A stretch of 63,509 nucleotides of DNA, the filler included, from Choristocarpus tenellus KU-1152 (Eukaryota; Protista; Phaeophyceae), in the NCBI GenBank assembly GCA_964200185.2. It is 12 parts of 12 records of this genome, joined end to end, with 100 filler letters (N's around TTAATTAATTAA, not from the genome) between each part and the next. Parts side by side here need not be neighbours in the genome. Positions count along the whole stretch, not along the records: positions 34,251 to 44,005 come from CAXNAD020003424.1; positions 44,106 to 49,606 come from CAXNAD020010599.1; 10 more parts are not named here. One strand, 5' to 3'. Below are positions 37,301 to 49,540 of the stretch, piece after piece. The notes under the pieces are model-generated. The model was not told the origin of the DNA. It saw only the letters and a program-made list of their open reading frames with translations, and did no database searches. The translations under genes and the position numbers were made by a program. The number at the start of each line of letters is the position of its first letter. The stretch's first letter is position 1.

Positions 37301-40300
37301 TCACCAGGGATAGAGCACGCAAAGCGAGCACACACCGATAGGAATAATAGTTACAACACAATACATGACAGAATTCCATACCAGCATCACGATCAGTGAA
37401 GCTGTTGCAAGCTTATGAGCAGAGGTGTACCCCACCTTGCATCAGAGACAAGAATATAGTTCAAAATCGACATTCAGCTCGAGGGTTAGGGATGACTATA
37501 AATATAATAATAATAACAGTAATATTCTTATGTGAAACAATATCACTAAAATGTATTATAGACACTATTATACCTCACTGGTCTTTTACTGCAGACAGTT
37601 ACAAGCATTTCGCGGCAAGTGATACTATAGATGAGTGATGCTCATCTTTTTATTATTTCCGTCTTAGGCTAGGATTAGGGTGCAGTGCAACATCAGGCAT
37701 CCTACACAGAGTACCAGTGCTTAACAACTACCACACATTAGGCGTTCTACAGGAGATTCTTCCTTCTTAAGAGGCAACCACTCCTCAACTGATCCTTCCC
37801 AAGAGCATCGAGCGTGTGACAAAGCAGAAAGTCTTTTGTCTTGAAAAAACACAAATGGTCTATTTTCTTACAATGTATCCTGCAATATTGGTACAGGAAT
37901 ACAACTGGGGTTCCAATTGCTTTGAGCAAAAACATAAAAAGCTGTGTGGCAGCAGTACTGCTACTTCACACATCTAGGTATGCATCAATCAAGGCACGCC
38001 CCAAAATGAGCAAAAAATATATACCACACAATGCAAAAAAATTATGTGCAACTATTGCTATAGTCAAAGAGCTGTGATGACAGAAAGGCGACTTATTGGC
38101 AGACCAACCCACCCCCCCCACATACACTCCACAACCCTAGTTCTCTCGACCTTATGGCAGCAAAATTCCAAGAACTATGACTACACTACAAGTGACGCTG
38201 GAGAACAAAGTACAGCTTTATTTCACACACTTGGAGAAACTATGAGATTGGACACCACCAGCCACCAGCCAAGATCAACCGTAGCACATGTCAGAATATC
38301 TTCCTCCTGCTTCTGTATGCACAAATCACACACTGGAGGCCTCAGCAACAAACTCAGTTGAGGCTGGACCACCTTCATAGCACGGCACAGCTATGGTCCT
38401 CTCTCATGTCAAAAAAGCAAAGGGACTGTAGTCCTACAACTGATACTATTTCAGAGATATGTGATGGAAACGTACAGCACGAAAAACTAATCTTGCAAGA
38501 GCTGACATGACTCAGGTGATGTGCAGTACAATACCCTACACCACAATGAATATATATATTTATATCACAACTATTGATAGGGGTAACACAGGAATGCGTA
38601 ACACACAACCAACAAGCATCACCAACGTATGTCAGGTGAAGGTGGGTAGTGTGGAAAGGAGAAAATGTACAAAAAAAACGTAATCACAAGAAAGAACCTC
38701 ACACAGTGTGCCAGTGGGGTGCTACAATGTATCAAGTGCAGTATGCAATGCCACATAAGAACCCTGCCTTAAATAGTGTTAGGAGGTATGATAACAGCAA
38801 ATGACAAACCATGAGCGAAACAGACATTGCACATACTCCCACATATTTTCGTTTTGCTTGCTTGACTCTATGCATAGTGCGCGTGCAAGGCACAAAATAC
38901 AGGGCTGACAAAGCCAGCCAACCAGTCAGCAGGCCACAAAACTCCCTTTTGATTTCGTCACATTGGGCATTAATTGTTCCACACAAGACACAAACAGGAA
39001 AAGTACACTATTGTCGTCACAGCTTAGGGTCAGGGATAACAGAGGTAATGGTAGACCAAAAAGTGTTAGATTCGGCAGTGAGTAGAATATTGTAACCCCC
39101 CCAAAAAAAGATGAAAACAACCTCCACATCGCCTGGTCAAGTTCTAGTGACACATGACTGAGCACAGAGAGAACTCACTCACACCTACTACATTCATCCA
39201 CTTAGGTAAGTGATAATCATATAGGTATTGGGGTCATTTTATTTGATAAATCCAACATATTAACCATTCCATTCATGCAAATGATGTTGTTCATTCATGT
39301 CACCACTTACACCCTCTCACTCTGAAATTTGTAGCAGATAGTATCAATCTCTTGGTATTACTCTTTGTGCTCCCCCCTACACCCAACAAAAATTCACTAC
39401 CTTTTGTAAACAAGATGTTATAAATCAACTCTCTGTCCCTCCTTTGTTCTACCTTGAAACGAAATGAACCGGGAAACGTAAATGATGCAAAGTCAACCCT
39501 ATCAACCCCCTCTATCCTCTCCCACCCCAAAGGAGTAAGCATGGTGTGAGGTAGGAACAAGAACAAGCAAATACTTTGGCAGGCAAAGAAAGAACTCATG
39601 AATGTTGCAGTGTGTGTCTGTTTGTGTTCAAATCCAATATTATTGTTTATAAGATGTATGTTGCTTCATGCCAATCACAAAATCTGATCTGTACATCTTC
39701 TAGATACACACAAGCATATGCGCATGCACATAGTTCAACCCATATACTCTTGTCCTCTCTTCCACTTTCTTCACACAGAACCCCCACCCACCCCCCCACT
39801 CACCTAGTCTTAGCCTTTTCCTTTTCTTTGGCCCCCTCTTGTTCATACCAATCCCCCCCAAGCTCCCTTGGGTCCACTGCATAGAGTCCATGCCGCAGCT
39901 CAGGGGTCATGTACATCGCCTGAGGATAAATACATTCATACATGAATATAACTGCAAATTGGTAACATCTGGGCGCACGGACACATACTCACATGCCCAT
40001 GATAGTTCAGACTGAAAGTTTCACTACGGCAACATTTTCCAGGTAAGAATCTCACACGCCAATTATGCAAGGATCGTGATCGTTGTCGAAGGCAATAGAT
40101 TCCCAAACCAATTCCCCCAAAAAAGACCAACAACGCCATAAAAACTACTTTGGGCAGTCCTTTGATCAAGGAGGTACCTTAGACAAAAGGTGAGGGGTGG
40201 GTAAGGAGGATGCCATACAGGTAGGACCCCTAAGAAATACATTCATGAGAGTAGGAATTCAAGGGGGGCCCAGAAAACAGCCTATTACGTCCGACCATAT

Positions 40301-41114
40301 TGCACAGAACCGATGGGGGACTCCCAATGGAAAGTTCCTATCCCAGAGCAAACAACAGGCCTGGTGGGGCTACATTGACATCAGCTCGAGGACCAACTTG
40401 GAAAGTTGACTTTACGGGGCATGCAGACTTCAATTACCCACTCCCCTGCCCCGACACCACGCGCATTGAGGGTTCACCGTCTTCACCTGAAGCAGGGCAT
40501 TGAGGTAGCACGTGGCACCCTGGTTGTCTAGACCGACGAACCCGCTCTCTGCCCGGGAGAGTCTCTCTTCGCCCTGTGGGCAGGGGCGAACACACGATGA
40601 AGGGTGTGCCAAAAGACGAGGTCAATCGAAAAGTGGTAGGTATGAAAAGGGTCAGTATATGAGGCACCAACAGTATGACCGTTTGAGAAGATCGGAGTCT
40701 TCGAGTCAATTGCGAGAGATTGGGTAATGTGAAGGGGGACCACCTGTTCAACGCTTCAATGTCAAAGATATTTCATGGAAAGAGGTGTGCAAAGAGGATC
40801 GGCGAGGAACGTAGTAAATGCATGTCTGTCTCGACTAATGTTACTACAGGAAATCAGTGGAAGTGTCAAAAAGGTGAATGCCTGTGCAATTTGTGGAAGG
40901 GTACTTGGAAATCTTGACCCAGCGAAGTACTTCAAAACATTTGGTATTTGAAGAGGGAGTGCCTATCTTTCACCTTCCCGAGATAGCTGAGGTTTTCAAC
41001 CAGTTCTTACACGCAGAGCAAGGCGTAGCTTCCTACCTTCGATTGACCACCCCCAGAATCCATTCCATCATCACCGTCCTCGAACATATCTTTGAACGCC
41101 CCCAGCATGGCCAT
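34324..41114 (-). CDS. USP40-like ubiquitin carboxyl-terminal hydrolase with inserted UBA domain, 5' exons
   Basis: Exons 41114-41037 (MAMLGAFKDMFED...), 40573-40487 (GFVGLDNQGATCYLNALLQ, Cys box), 39919-39804 (AMYMTPELRHGLYAVDPRELG), 37222-37117 (EVMQQLKAMGFS), 34475-34324 (RRAALTTKNSGLDAALDWAMAHSEDKDFN); splice phases all compatible. Confidence 0.88.
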
Positions 41115-41575
41115 CCTTGAAACCCTCTATAACAATGACCAGACTGCAGCAGACGCAGCACTTGAGCTACACAGCATAACCTGCCACACACTAGACTCTC
41201 ACGTGCAACCTTAGACGGAGATCACGTAAAAGTTGCTGTGAGACGCGGGATCCAGTGTAAGCACGGGTCTCTCCGATGATGACGGCCTACAACTACCAAG
41301 CCTCAACAATCAAAGAGTGACTTGGATTTGAGAGAAGATGTAGGGTTAGGGTATGGACTTGTATGAGGTGTTCGTTGGATTATTACCTCAAACAATGAAA
41401 CCACCTACCAACTACTAAAAAAGGTATTATTGACGATCTTCACGTCCCAAATTGATTTTACGACAGTTGAGTTCGACTGTGCTGTAGTTGTGCACATTCA
41501 TCCATAGTACCAAAGAGGTCTCAATTTGGGGTTTCAATCAGCAGTTGCCTGATCAACAATCTGTAGATAAGGGCA

Positions 41576-42394
41576 ATGACGTCCGAAGAAAACGAATCGT
41601 TGGTGGAGGAGCCGGAAAGGGGAGAGGGCAAATTCGTCTTCCCAGGTGGTGACTACTATGGTGAGAGAAACGAAGGACAGAAAGTTCAGATAGGCAGCGC
41701 CCGCTGTGCAATCTCTATGTTCCTTCAATGTTGGATGCGGTCTGTATTTGCAGCATTGTGAACCGGAAGCTGTACAGCAGTCGAATGACAGAGAACCTGG
41801 CGTGATACACCCTCTCAAAAATGATGTCAAGAAGAATAGGCACCCCCATGTCATCCATAGTCCTTGCTTGTTGTGTATCCCGTCATCCAATATCGACATG
41901 GATACTTGCCGCATAGGGTTGTCCACGTATGTCCCTTCGATGGAGGGTGAGGAGTTACTCTCATCAGTCTACCAAATGGTTGTTGCTTGTGGTACATAAA
42001 AAGAACGAAGCATAGTACTCATGCAAGTGAGAAGCTACCTCCTTTCTCTCATCTTCCTCCCTATGAAAACACCTAGGAGGGCTTCAAGCAACTGTTTCCA
42101 TGTAGTAGTACGCTTGAAATGGTGTATCTATTAATTGAGACATTCATTTGCCCTATCCTCTCCTCCTTCTTTCTCTCAAGTACTTCGAAGTATAATCTTC
42201 AGACCATCAGGAAGACTGCTCACAGAATCTCCCTGCTCAATCAATATCTCTGGCCATCTCATCATGTTATTCCTATCCAGAGGGGGGCTACATGGTGCGC
42301 GAGAATAACAAGATAAGGCACGGCATCGGAAGGCATGTCAATGGGAAGGAGATATATGTGGGAGCATGGCAAGATGATGTCATGTCAGGAGAAG
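41576..42394 (+). CDS. MORN-repeat protein (MORN2-like), first two exons
   Basis: 41576-41660 (MTSEE...GEGKFVFPGGDYY) plus 42281-42394 (EGGYMVRENNKIRHGIGRHVNGKEIYVGAWQDDVMSGEG); phase-1 junction; MORN consensus YxGxWxxDxMxGxG. Confidence 0.82.
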
Positions 42395-44389
42395 GTACGT
42401 TTATGTAGGGAAGGCCTGCTGACTGTCCACCTGCAACCCTGTGGTGACTCCTACGAAGGATATTGGCAATGATTCTTGTCCATGTAAGGAAAAATATTTG
42501 AAACTACAAAGTCATTTTTGTGATACTTTAATTGTATAAAGCCATTTTTTGTTAACGACTAAGCGTTACTGAGAAACCTATTGGTATGAACTTCCAGATT
42601 TTATGGGGAACTATTCCAACCAACTGAAGTACAAATGATGCTGGCTGCATTTTTGAATATGGAAACAGTGCATTATCGCAGCCTATTCTCACCTACTTGA
42701 TACAATCGGCATGGATGAGTCCGAATATCTGGTCTTCATGAAATACAAAAAAAATGAAAGATAAATACACCTATATGCAAAAAATTGGATTATAAACCAA
42801 AGAAGCCATAGCCACTATATTGGCAGTAATTGCTTTTTGTCGGGCAATAATTACCCCGCAATAACACCTATCATATGACAGACCATTTTACAATCATTTG
42901 CTCAGATATCACTATAGGGTTGCACCAACACCGCATCACCAACATAGATGTACAAAAGTATATGAATATGTACCCCTTTGGTTGTCATAAATGTGAATGG
43001 TTGGTGATGAATGAGGAACAATGCTTGCTTCACAGTACCGGTCTATGTAGCGGATGTTGTGCTCAGTACAAACACCCAAGAAAATTGTGACCACAGTGTG
43101 CAATACTATTACAGCAACACAATATACAACTGGCGCCCAGCAGAATGTCAATCTCTCCGTAGAGGTAGACCCTCTAGAGTACTGTGGATATAATGCAAAC
43201 CGGCAGTTTCTTAGACGTTAACTTTGTCTATCTTGTCTAAGGCACCCATAACCTTGTCTTGTAGTGTTTCTAGTCGATCCATATGGGAATCTGCAGTAAT
43301 TAGAGACCCTTGCGCCACAGTTGAGGTCCCGCGTTTAGGTGTACAATATTTATAGTAAGACATTTTGAGCATGTGACATCAGACTGGCAGGGTGGGTTTT
43401 CTTCGATTTGTAACACAAGGCATGCTTGGGGACATACATACATTACTATCATCTCCACCCTAATCTGAGGTTCCTTAACCCACAGTTTGGCGGCATATAG
43501 AGGAAAGCCAGAAGTGTAACGTTTGAGAGAAAAAAAGAAAAGAAAAAAGATGGAGAAAAAAAAATAGTCTAGAAGGGTACCTTGGAGAAAACCAAACGTT
43601 AAGGCACTGAGTCAAAGTAAACGAGAGGTATACAGATTTTGGTTTATTATTAATTTTTATTCACTTGTTCCATCTCATACAGTTATGAATCGGGTGATTC
43701 TGTGGCGGAGAAAAACGTGCTCATAAAGAGACGTTGCGGGAAGACACGGAAATCTATCACTCCGAATATCCTCCACACAGTTGAACCGAAGTTCTCGTAA
43801 CACATTATTAATCGGTATATAACGGTATATCCATTATTTGACATGCAGCAATAACGGTATAACAACAGACAATCATGCTTTCCACGTGGTTCTCCTTTGT
43901 TTTTTTTCCGGTTAAAGTGCTAAGATTGACTTGAGAAGTTTGATTTCTCGTTGTCTAAAATGTGGCTCAAAGTATCTGGGAGGGGGTTGGGGCTGTCCAT
44001 TTGGGNNNNNNNNNNNNNNNNNNNNNNNNNNNNNNNNNNNNNNNNNNNNTTAATTAATTAANNNNNNNNNNNNNNNNNNNNNNNNNNNNNNNNNNNNNNN
44101 NNNNNCATACCCGAAAAACACTGTTAATCCCCCCCCCCCCCCCTCCCCCCCCCAAAACCCCTTACATCCCTTCCTCCACACCTAGCCACAGTATATACAC
44201 AAGAAACTGTTGTCACATCGAACAACCCGATCAAGATACGTTTGATCAATGAGCCAGCGGAAAACACCAGTAAGATGTGTTCTCATATTACAATGATTCA
44301 TTCTCAAGTATCAGTTGAACAATAAGAAAACAAGACTGTGATACCAGTATCAACATACACTATCGATTATTTACTACAGCACTTGTTAC

Positions 44390-47133
44390 CTGCGATGTAG
44401 TGATGACCATGGGCGATACCTCATCTTTCATGGCATCGGCAAGGGTGTTGGGCACTGTAGGAAACTCGGACTTGCCCTGTGCCCGCATCAGCTGGTGATA
44501 GAAAGCGATTCCATCGAAGGACATTTCCAATTCCTCGAGCTAAAGGATTTGTAACAGAGGCCCCAGAAAAAAAGAAGCAAATGTGTTCACAGCACAAGAG
44601 TCAAAGACAATAGCAAGCACTGATGACATTACATCTTGTGAGCAAAGTCGAGGAGGGATGGGAAAGGGTGAGGAGCTGATGACAAATCTTGCATTGGATT
44701 TTGATTCAAGCATGTGCTTACTTGCCAGTACACATCGTCTCGAAATCATCACAAGAAATCATTAGAATATATATATACTTGATTTTTTTTTATTGCTGAG
44801 CACCAGCGATGCGTAGCACGGTTCTTGTAGAAAGAAGAAAAAAAAATCAAACCTTGAAACCTTGAAATAAATTAGCATGCTTTCACTTTGAGAAACGTTT
44901 GCTTCAGAACACCTCATCAGCCCAAACTTTCAACAACGCCCTCCTCTCTCAGTGCCACATTTTTTGCATCTTCCAAACATTTAGGAATAATGGTTGACCC
45001 CCCCCCCTCCCTCCCCCTCCTCCTGCCCTCAGTAGGAGAATCAATGAAAAGTACTTTGCGAGTACCTTGTTCTCCTTGTTGAATCGGGTACGAATCATCC
45101 CACTCTTCTCCACCTCCACTAGGGCACCGTGCTCCCTGGTGGCATTATGCATCACAATACAAGCATCGAATTCATGGAGGGGAAAAGGGAGGAGGGTGGA
45201 GGGTGGAGGGTGGGAACTGGGGGAAAAAACGGAAGGAAAAATTACACACAAAAGGTACAGTATTGTTCTAAGAAAAAGAGAAGATAATAAAAAATATAGT
45301 CACTACATTAGAGAGCACCCCCCAACAAAACACCTCAGGATGAAGAAAAAGGGGGGAAATGAGCCACAACGCTCTTAATTAGCCTTATTTCAATATTTGT
45401 ACAAAAAAATAAGAGCACACTTTAAATTTGAAACGTGTAAAAAATTCGGTTCATAGTAATGTTTCCTAGTCTATTTTAGGATTTTGTTTAGATCTGTAAA
45501 AATCAACTCACTACTCCAGTTCCACAAAGAAGGGAAAAATTGCTCTCACGTAGTTTGGGTGTAAAGAGGTTGATCAAAACCTTTAACTTTTGACTGAGTG
45601 GATCTTGGGGGTGATACCATTTTATCATTTATCTAAATCATGCATACAAAATGAAAAAAATGAACTTGTTCTGTTAACTTCAGTTTTTTTTAAAAAATTT
45701 TTTAGCACAAAATTATAACTAAGCCTTAATCGGTTTCACATCGACTATGCCGCAAAATTCAAATCTGTTGAGATCAAAATCCTACAATCACAATAATAAA
45801 AGCAAGAGTTGGTAACAGAAAAACGACACCCAGCTGCAGAAAAACTCGATGATTTGAACAACGTACATGAACAATATTTTTGTAGTGAGATCCAAAGAGA
45901 TTTCATCATCAACCGAACAGAAATCTCGAGCTGCCTGGCAATCTCTCACTTACTTTCCCCCGCCCCTCCCCTTCATCCACACCCTAGAACATGAACGATA
46001 CTCACATAGCATTTGTGGTCCGCATCAGGAAGGTGCACATGAAGCCGTCATCACTGTAGAAGGCCCTGTTCCTATCGGAGCCGATGAGATACTCAATATC
46101 AACTCGACTTTCTTTGTCTAATGTCTTGAAACCAATGTTGTCGCATGCAACAGCCAAGCTTTGCGTGTCGGCGATCATGCCACTTATGCCGAGCCTAACA
46201 CATCGGTTGTTGACCATGTCGGATGGGCTAAAGGAGCGGTATGGGGTGACGGGCAGAGTTAACAAAAAGTCCTCACAGAGAACCTCACCCCATTTGTTCT
46301 CGTCTAAGCATGCCTCTGCGCGCAAATCAAATACCTGCCGTTATACCAAAATCATTGGAGGCACAGATGGGGAGGGATAAGAGAGAATGGCGAAGGAACA
46401 CAGGGGTAAGGCAGACGGGGTATTGAAAACGCAGGAGAGGTAACTCGCAAATATAAGGTTGGTCACGAAAGTGAGCACACCTTTCGAACAACGTGGCGCC
46501 AGGCATCTTGACGTTCCATAACTTCATTCATGGCTGTGTCGTGTTTGGCAGCGGCGGCATCCTGGGGAGTGGTATTTTATAGCGAGAAGAAGAGGAAACC
46601 AACACAGCAAAAAAAAGGCCATAGTGAGACATTCATCTTTGGAAAATAGCGAAAAAAATATCAGTGCACGGCAGAGAAATGGGACGGATAGGAGAGAGAA
46701 AGATGAGGCGAGGACGAAACGTCAAGCGAGTTTCCAGATAGCAACTTACTTGTTCAGCACTGAGTATTTCGAGCTGGTGCTGAAGTTCCTCCACGTACTG
46801 CTTCTTTCTCGCGCGTGTATTCCTTGCATGAAGACGGTTTCTCTCTCGGTCTTGCGACTTCTTGTCTTGGGTTTGCTTCAAAGAAAGAGCAAGAGAGGGG
46901 GAATGTCCTAGTTGGATGTTCGTGGGAGAGAAACACAAGTGAATGCCATCCATACAATACTACCAATAACGCATAACAAGAAGAATTTCACCCCTAGAAG
47001 CATGGTAGTTTTGTTTTGGGGGGGGGTCGCGTTTTCTCCTCGTGAACCCCGCAACTCCTCTCACCGTTTCACCACCCTCAACACTGGTGCTTCCCACTCG
47101 ACTCTTTTTCGTCACACGCCCCTCAGTCTCCAT
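44390..47133 (-). CDS. Stramenopile-type bZIP transcription factor (probably bZIP-PAS), 3' end off-contig
   Basis: Exons 47133-46992, 46907-46750 (RERNRLHARNTRARKKQYVEELQHQLEIL, bZIP), 46561-46481, 46334-46006 (LTLPVTPYRSF), 45135-45066, 44539-44390 (ELEMSFDG...VPNTL...MVITTSQ); all phases consistent. Confidence 0.88.
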
Positions 47134-48499
47134 TTCACACTGTGGGAATTGATATAAAGCACCACCAACAAGGAGATATTGGTAACTCAGACTTGGCGTT
47201 GACGAAATGACACCTTTTAACCGGCTACCTTTGTGTGATGACCAGAAAATAAATGAAGCCAGCAACGGGATAATATCCCGCCAAGAAAAGACCTCAGGTC
47301 AGAGTTTACGGCTGTAGAGATTCAAGAAGAGACAAACGTACCCCGGAGAACGTGCTGGCCAATATCCCTCGCAGATCCGCCATACTGGAGTCCGTGTAGG
47401 GAAACTCGTCCATAATAATATATATTTGACGTTGTCTCAAGAAATGAAAGGGCCTGCAATGGCATCAACGAACTCACAAAAACCAGTTCCTCCGTATCAT
47501 ACGCCTTAAGGGGCACCACTGACAGGATTTATCTCTCCTATGATAAGTAATAGAGAGTTTCCAGACCTTAGCCCTGCGGGTGGCTGAGGAGATCTACGCT
47601 TGAATGTAGATTGTCCCGTGTTTGGATAGTTACAACTGGCGTTTGACCTTCCATGTTTCTCTGATTTGTGATTGGCTAACAACATATGTCTGCACTTCAA
47701 CTAGTGCATTTCTTCACAACAATAATGTAGGCACTAATATAATGATCATCTGCTTCAAACATACGCCATAACTGAAACATAGGAACCTAGTAGAGTAACA
47801 AGTTGATAAGACAACATTGAAAACCGCCTTCACCACTACTATTATGTTCAAAGGTCATAACGAGTTTTCTTCAACAGTAGCGCAAACTACCTCGCGAAAG
47901 GATTGAAATGTTGATGGCATGACGAGCAGAGATAGTTTTAGGAACAAATCTACTCCGTATTGATCAAGGTCTCTGTCGTTTGTCTCGAAGGAGACGAGGA
48001 TTGCGACAGAAAAAGGTACTTGCAGTATATGCCAGAGATATATTGAACAGCAATTTCGAGCACCTGTTGATATTTGGAAGATGAACAGGTTTGCCATTGA
48101 CAACATGTTCTTCAGTTTGCCCAAGAGAATAGGGTCGCCAACTCCATCATGGTCTCTACGCAAGGTACTAACGGAATCGGATTACTGTATCGTGTTGGTA
48201 TCGGTACGCCTATTTGGTCGATTTCTCCCCATTTTAAGTCGTCCAATGGCGGCAACAGAGGTGTTTGGTCCACCGCCAGTTATGATCTCTAATCCATCCT
48301 TGACAAATGAATTGGCGAAGTTGGTTGCGACTAAAATCCTGTCGATGGAAGCAGCGACAAGCAAGAATACAGCATTTTTAATGGCGAAAACAGTCGAGAG
48401 TGCCCGCTTTGCAGAGTTCTTGACAGCCACGTGAGGGAGATAGAAGAGACCGCATTCTCTCTAGGGATCAACCTTGATTCTACCAACACCTGAAAGAGT

Positions 48500-49540
48500 T
48501 CAGTGTAGATAGGACCAGACAGAGTCTTCCAACATAACCATGACGAATCTAGCAGGATGCTGAGAGGGCAAGGACCCAAAAAGGGAAGATGGGAGCAACA
48601 CTTTGATGTGCTCCCAAATCTCTAATTAGTTACTCTTTTCCCCAATAGAGCTGAACCCCTCCACAAGTCATTCACTTGCATTTCACTTGCTAATAACACA
48701 AGAAATGATAGAAGTGGCGGAAGCAAACTGGGCTATGGCAAATAAGCAGCCGATTCGACAAAGTGATATGACAGAAGTTCTGAATCTTGTCCTCAACAAG
48801 GACAACGTTATCCTATGTTTTTGTAAGATTGTGTTGGGTGTGTGGGACCAGACTAGGAAGATGTGGTTCAGGTTTGAAACGATGGGATACAATCAAGGTG
48901 CTCTACAAGAAGAAAGATCGGAAGGACAGTAGGAACTACAAGGGCATCTCATTGGTGGCACATGCTGGCATTTGCTTCAACGTTGTTGCATGACGGGTGG
49001 GAGCTTATTTGGAACAGGATATCATACTCCGTGAGGAATAGTGTGTTTTCTAACCTCAAAGCTCCACAGTAGTAATGACGGGCGCCTTTGGGGTATGGTC
49101 TATGTTGACAATTCGTACATTGTGTCCAAGTCCCAGGGAAATCTACCCACAATGATGGCAGTGATTGCAAAGGAGCTAGGGAAATCAGGCTTACTGTGTC
49201 TGTATTGAAGACAGAAACCATCTGTTTTCAATCTTCCAACAAGGTCGCAGGCAGCATGGCTGCAGGACAGAGATTCAAACAGACTGACAAGTTTGTTTAT
49301 CTTGGAGTCACAATTAGCGATGGCTCCAATGTCACTGCCAAGATCAGCTGGTGTGTTGAAAAGATTGGAGTTGTTTCTGCAGGTACAAGTAAGTTCTTTT
49401 TGACTGAACCACAGACTCCTTATTTGAGTTAAGCTCAAGGCTGAAGTACTTGAGGTCCTGTTGTATGGTTGAGTGTGACATGAACACTCTGCTAGGTCCA
49501 CTATGTCAAGGTTCATTCTCACCATCGAGCTCAACAAATG
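48500..49540 (+). mobile_element. Degenerate LINE (RTE-like) reverse-transcriptase remnant
   Basis: IKVLYKKKDRKDSRNYKGISLVAHAG (RT N-terminal motif) and KTETI...RFKQTDKFVYLGVTIS (C-terminal YLG motif); central part deleted; frameshifts. Confidence 0.8.

Noticed and set aside
47850-48434. Coding-like blocks on the plus strand
   Set aside because: In-frame stops and no recognisable family.
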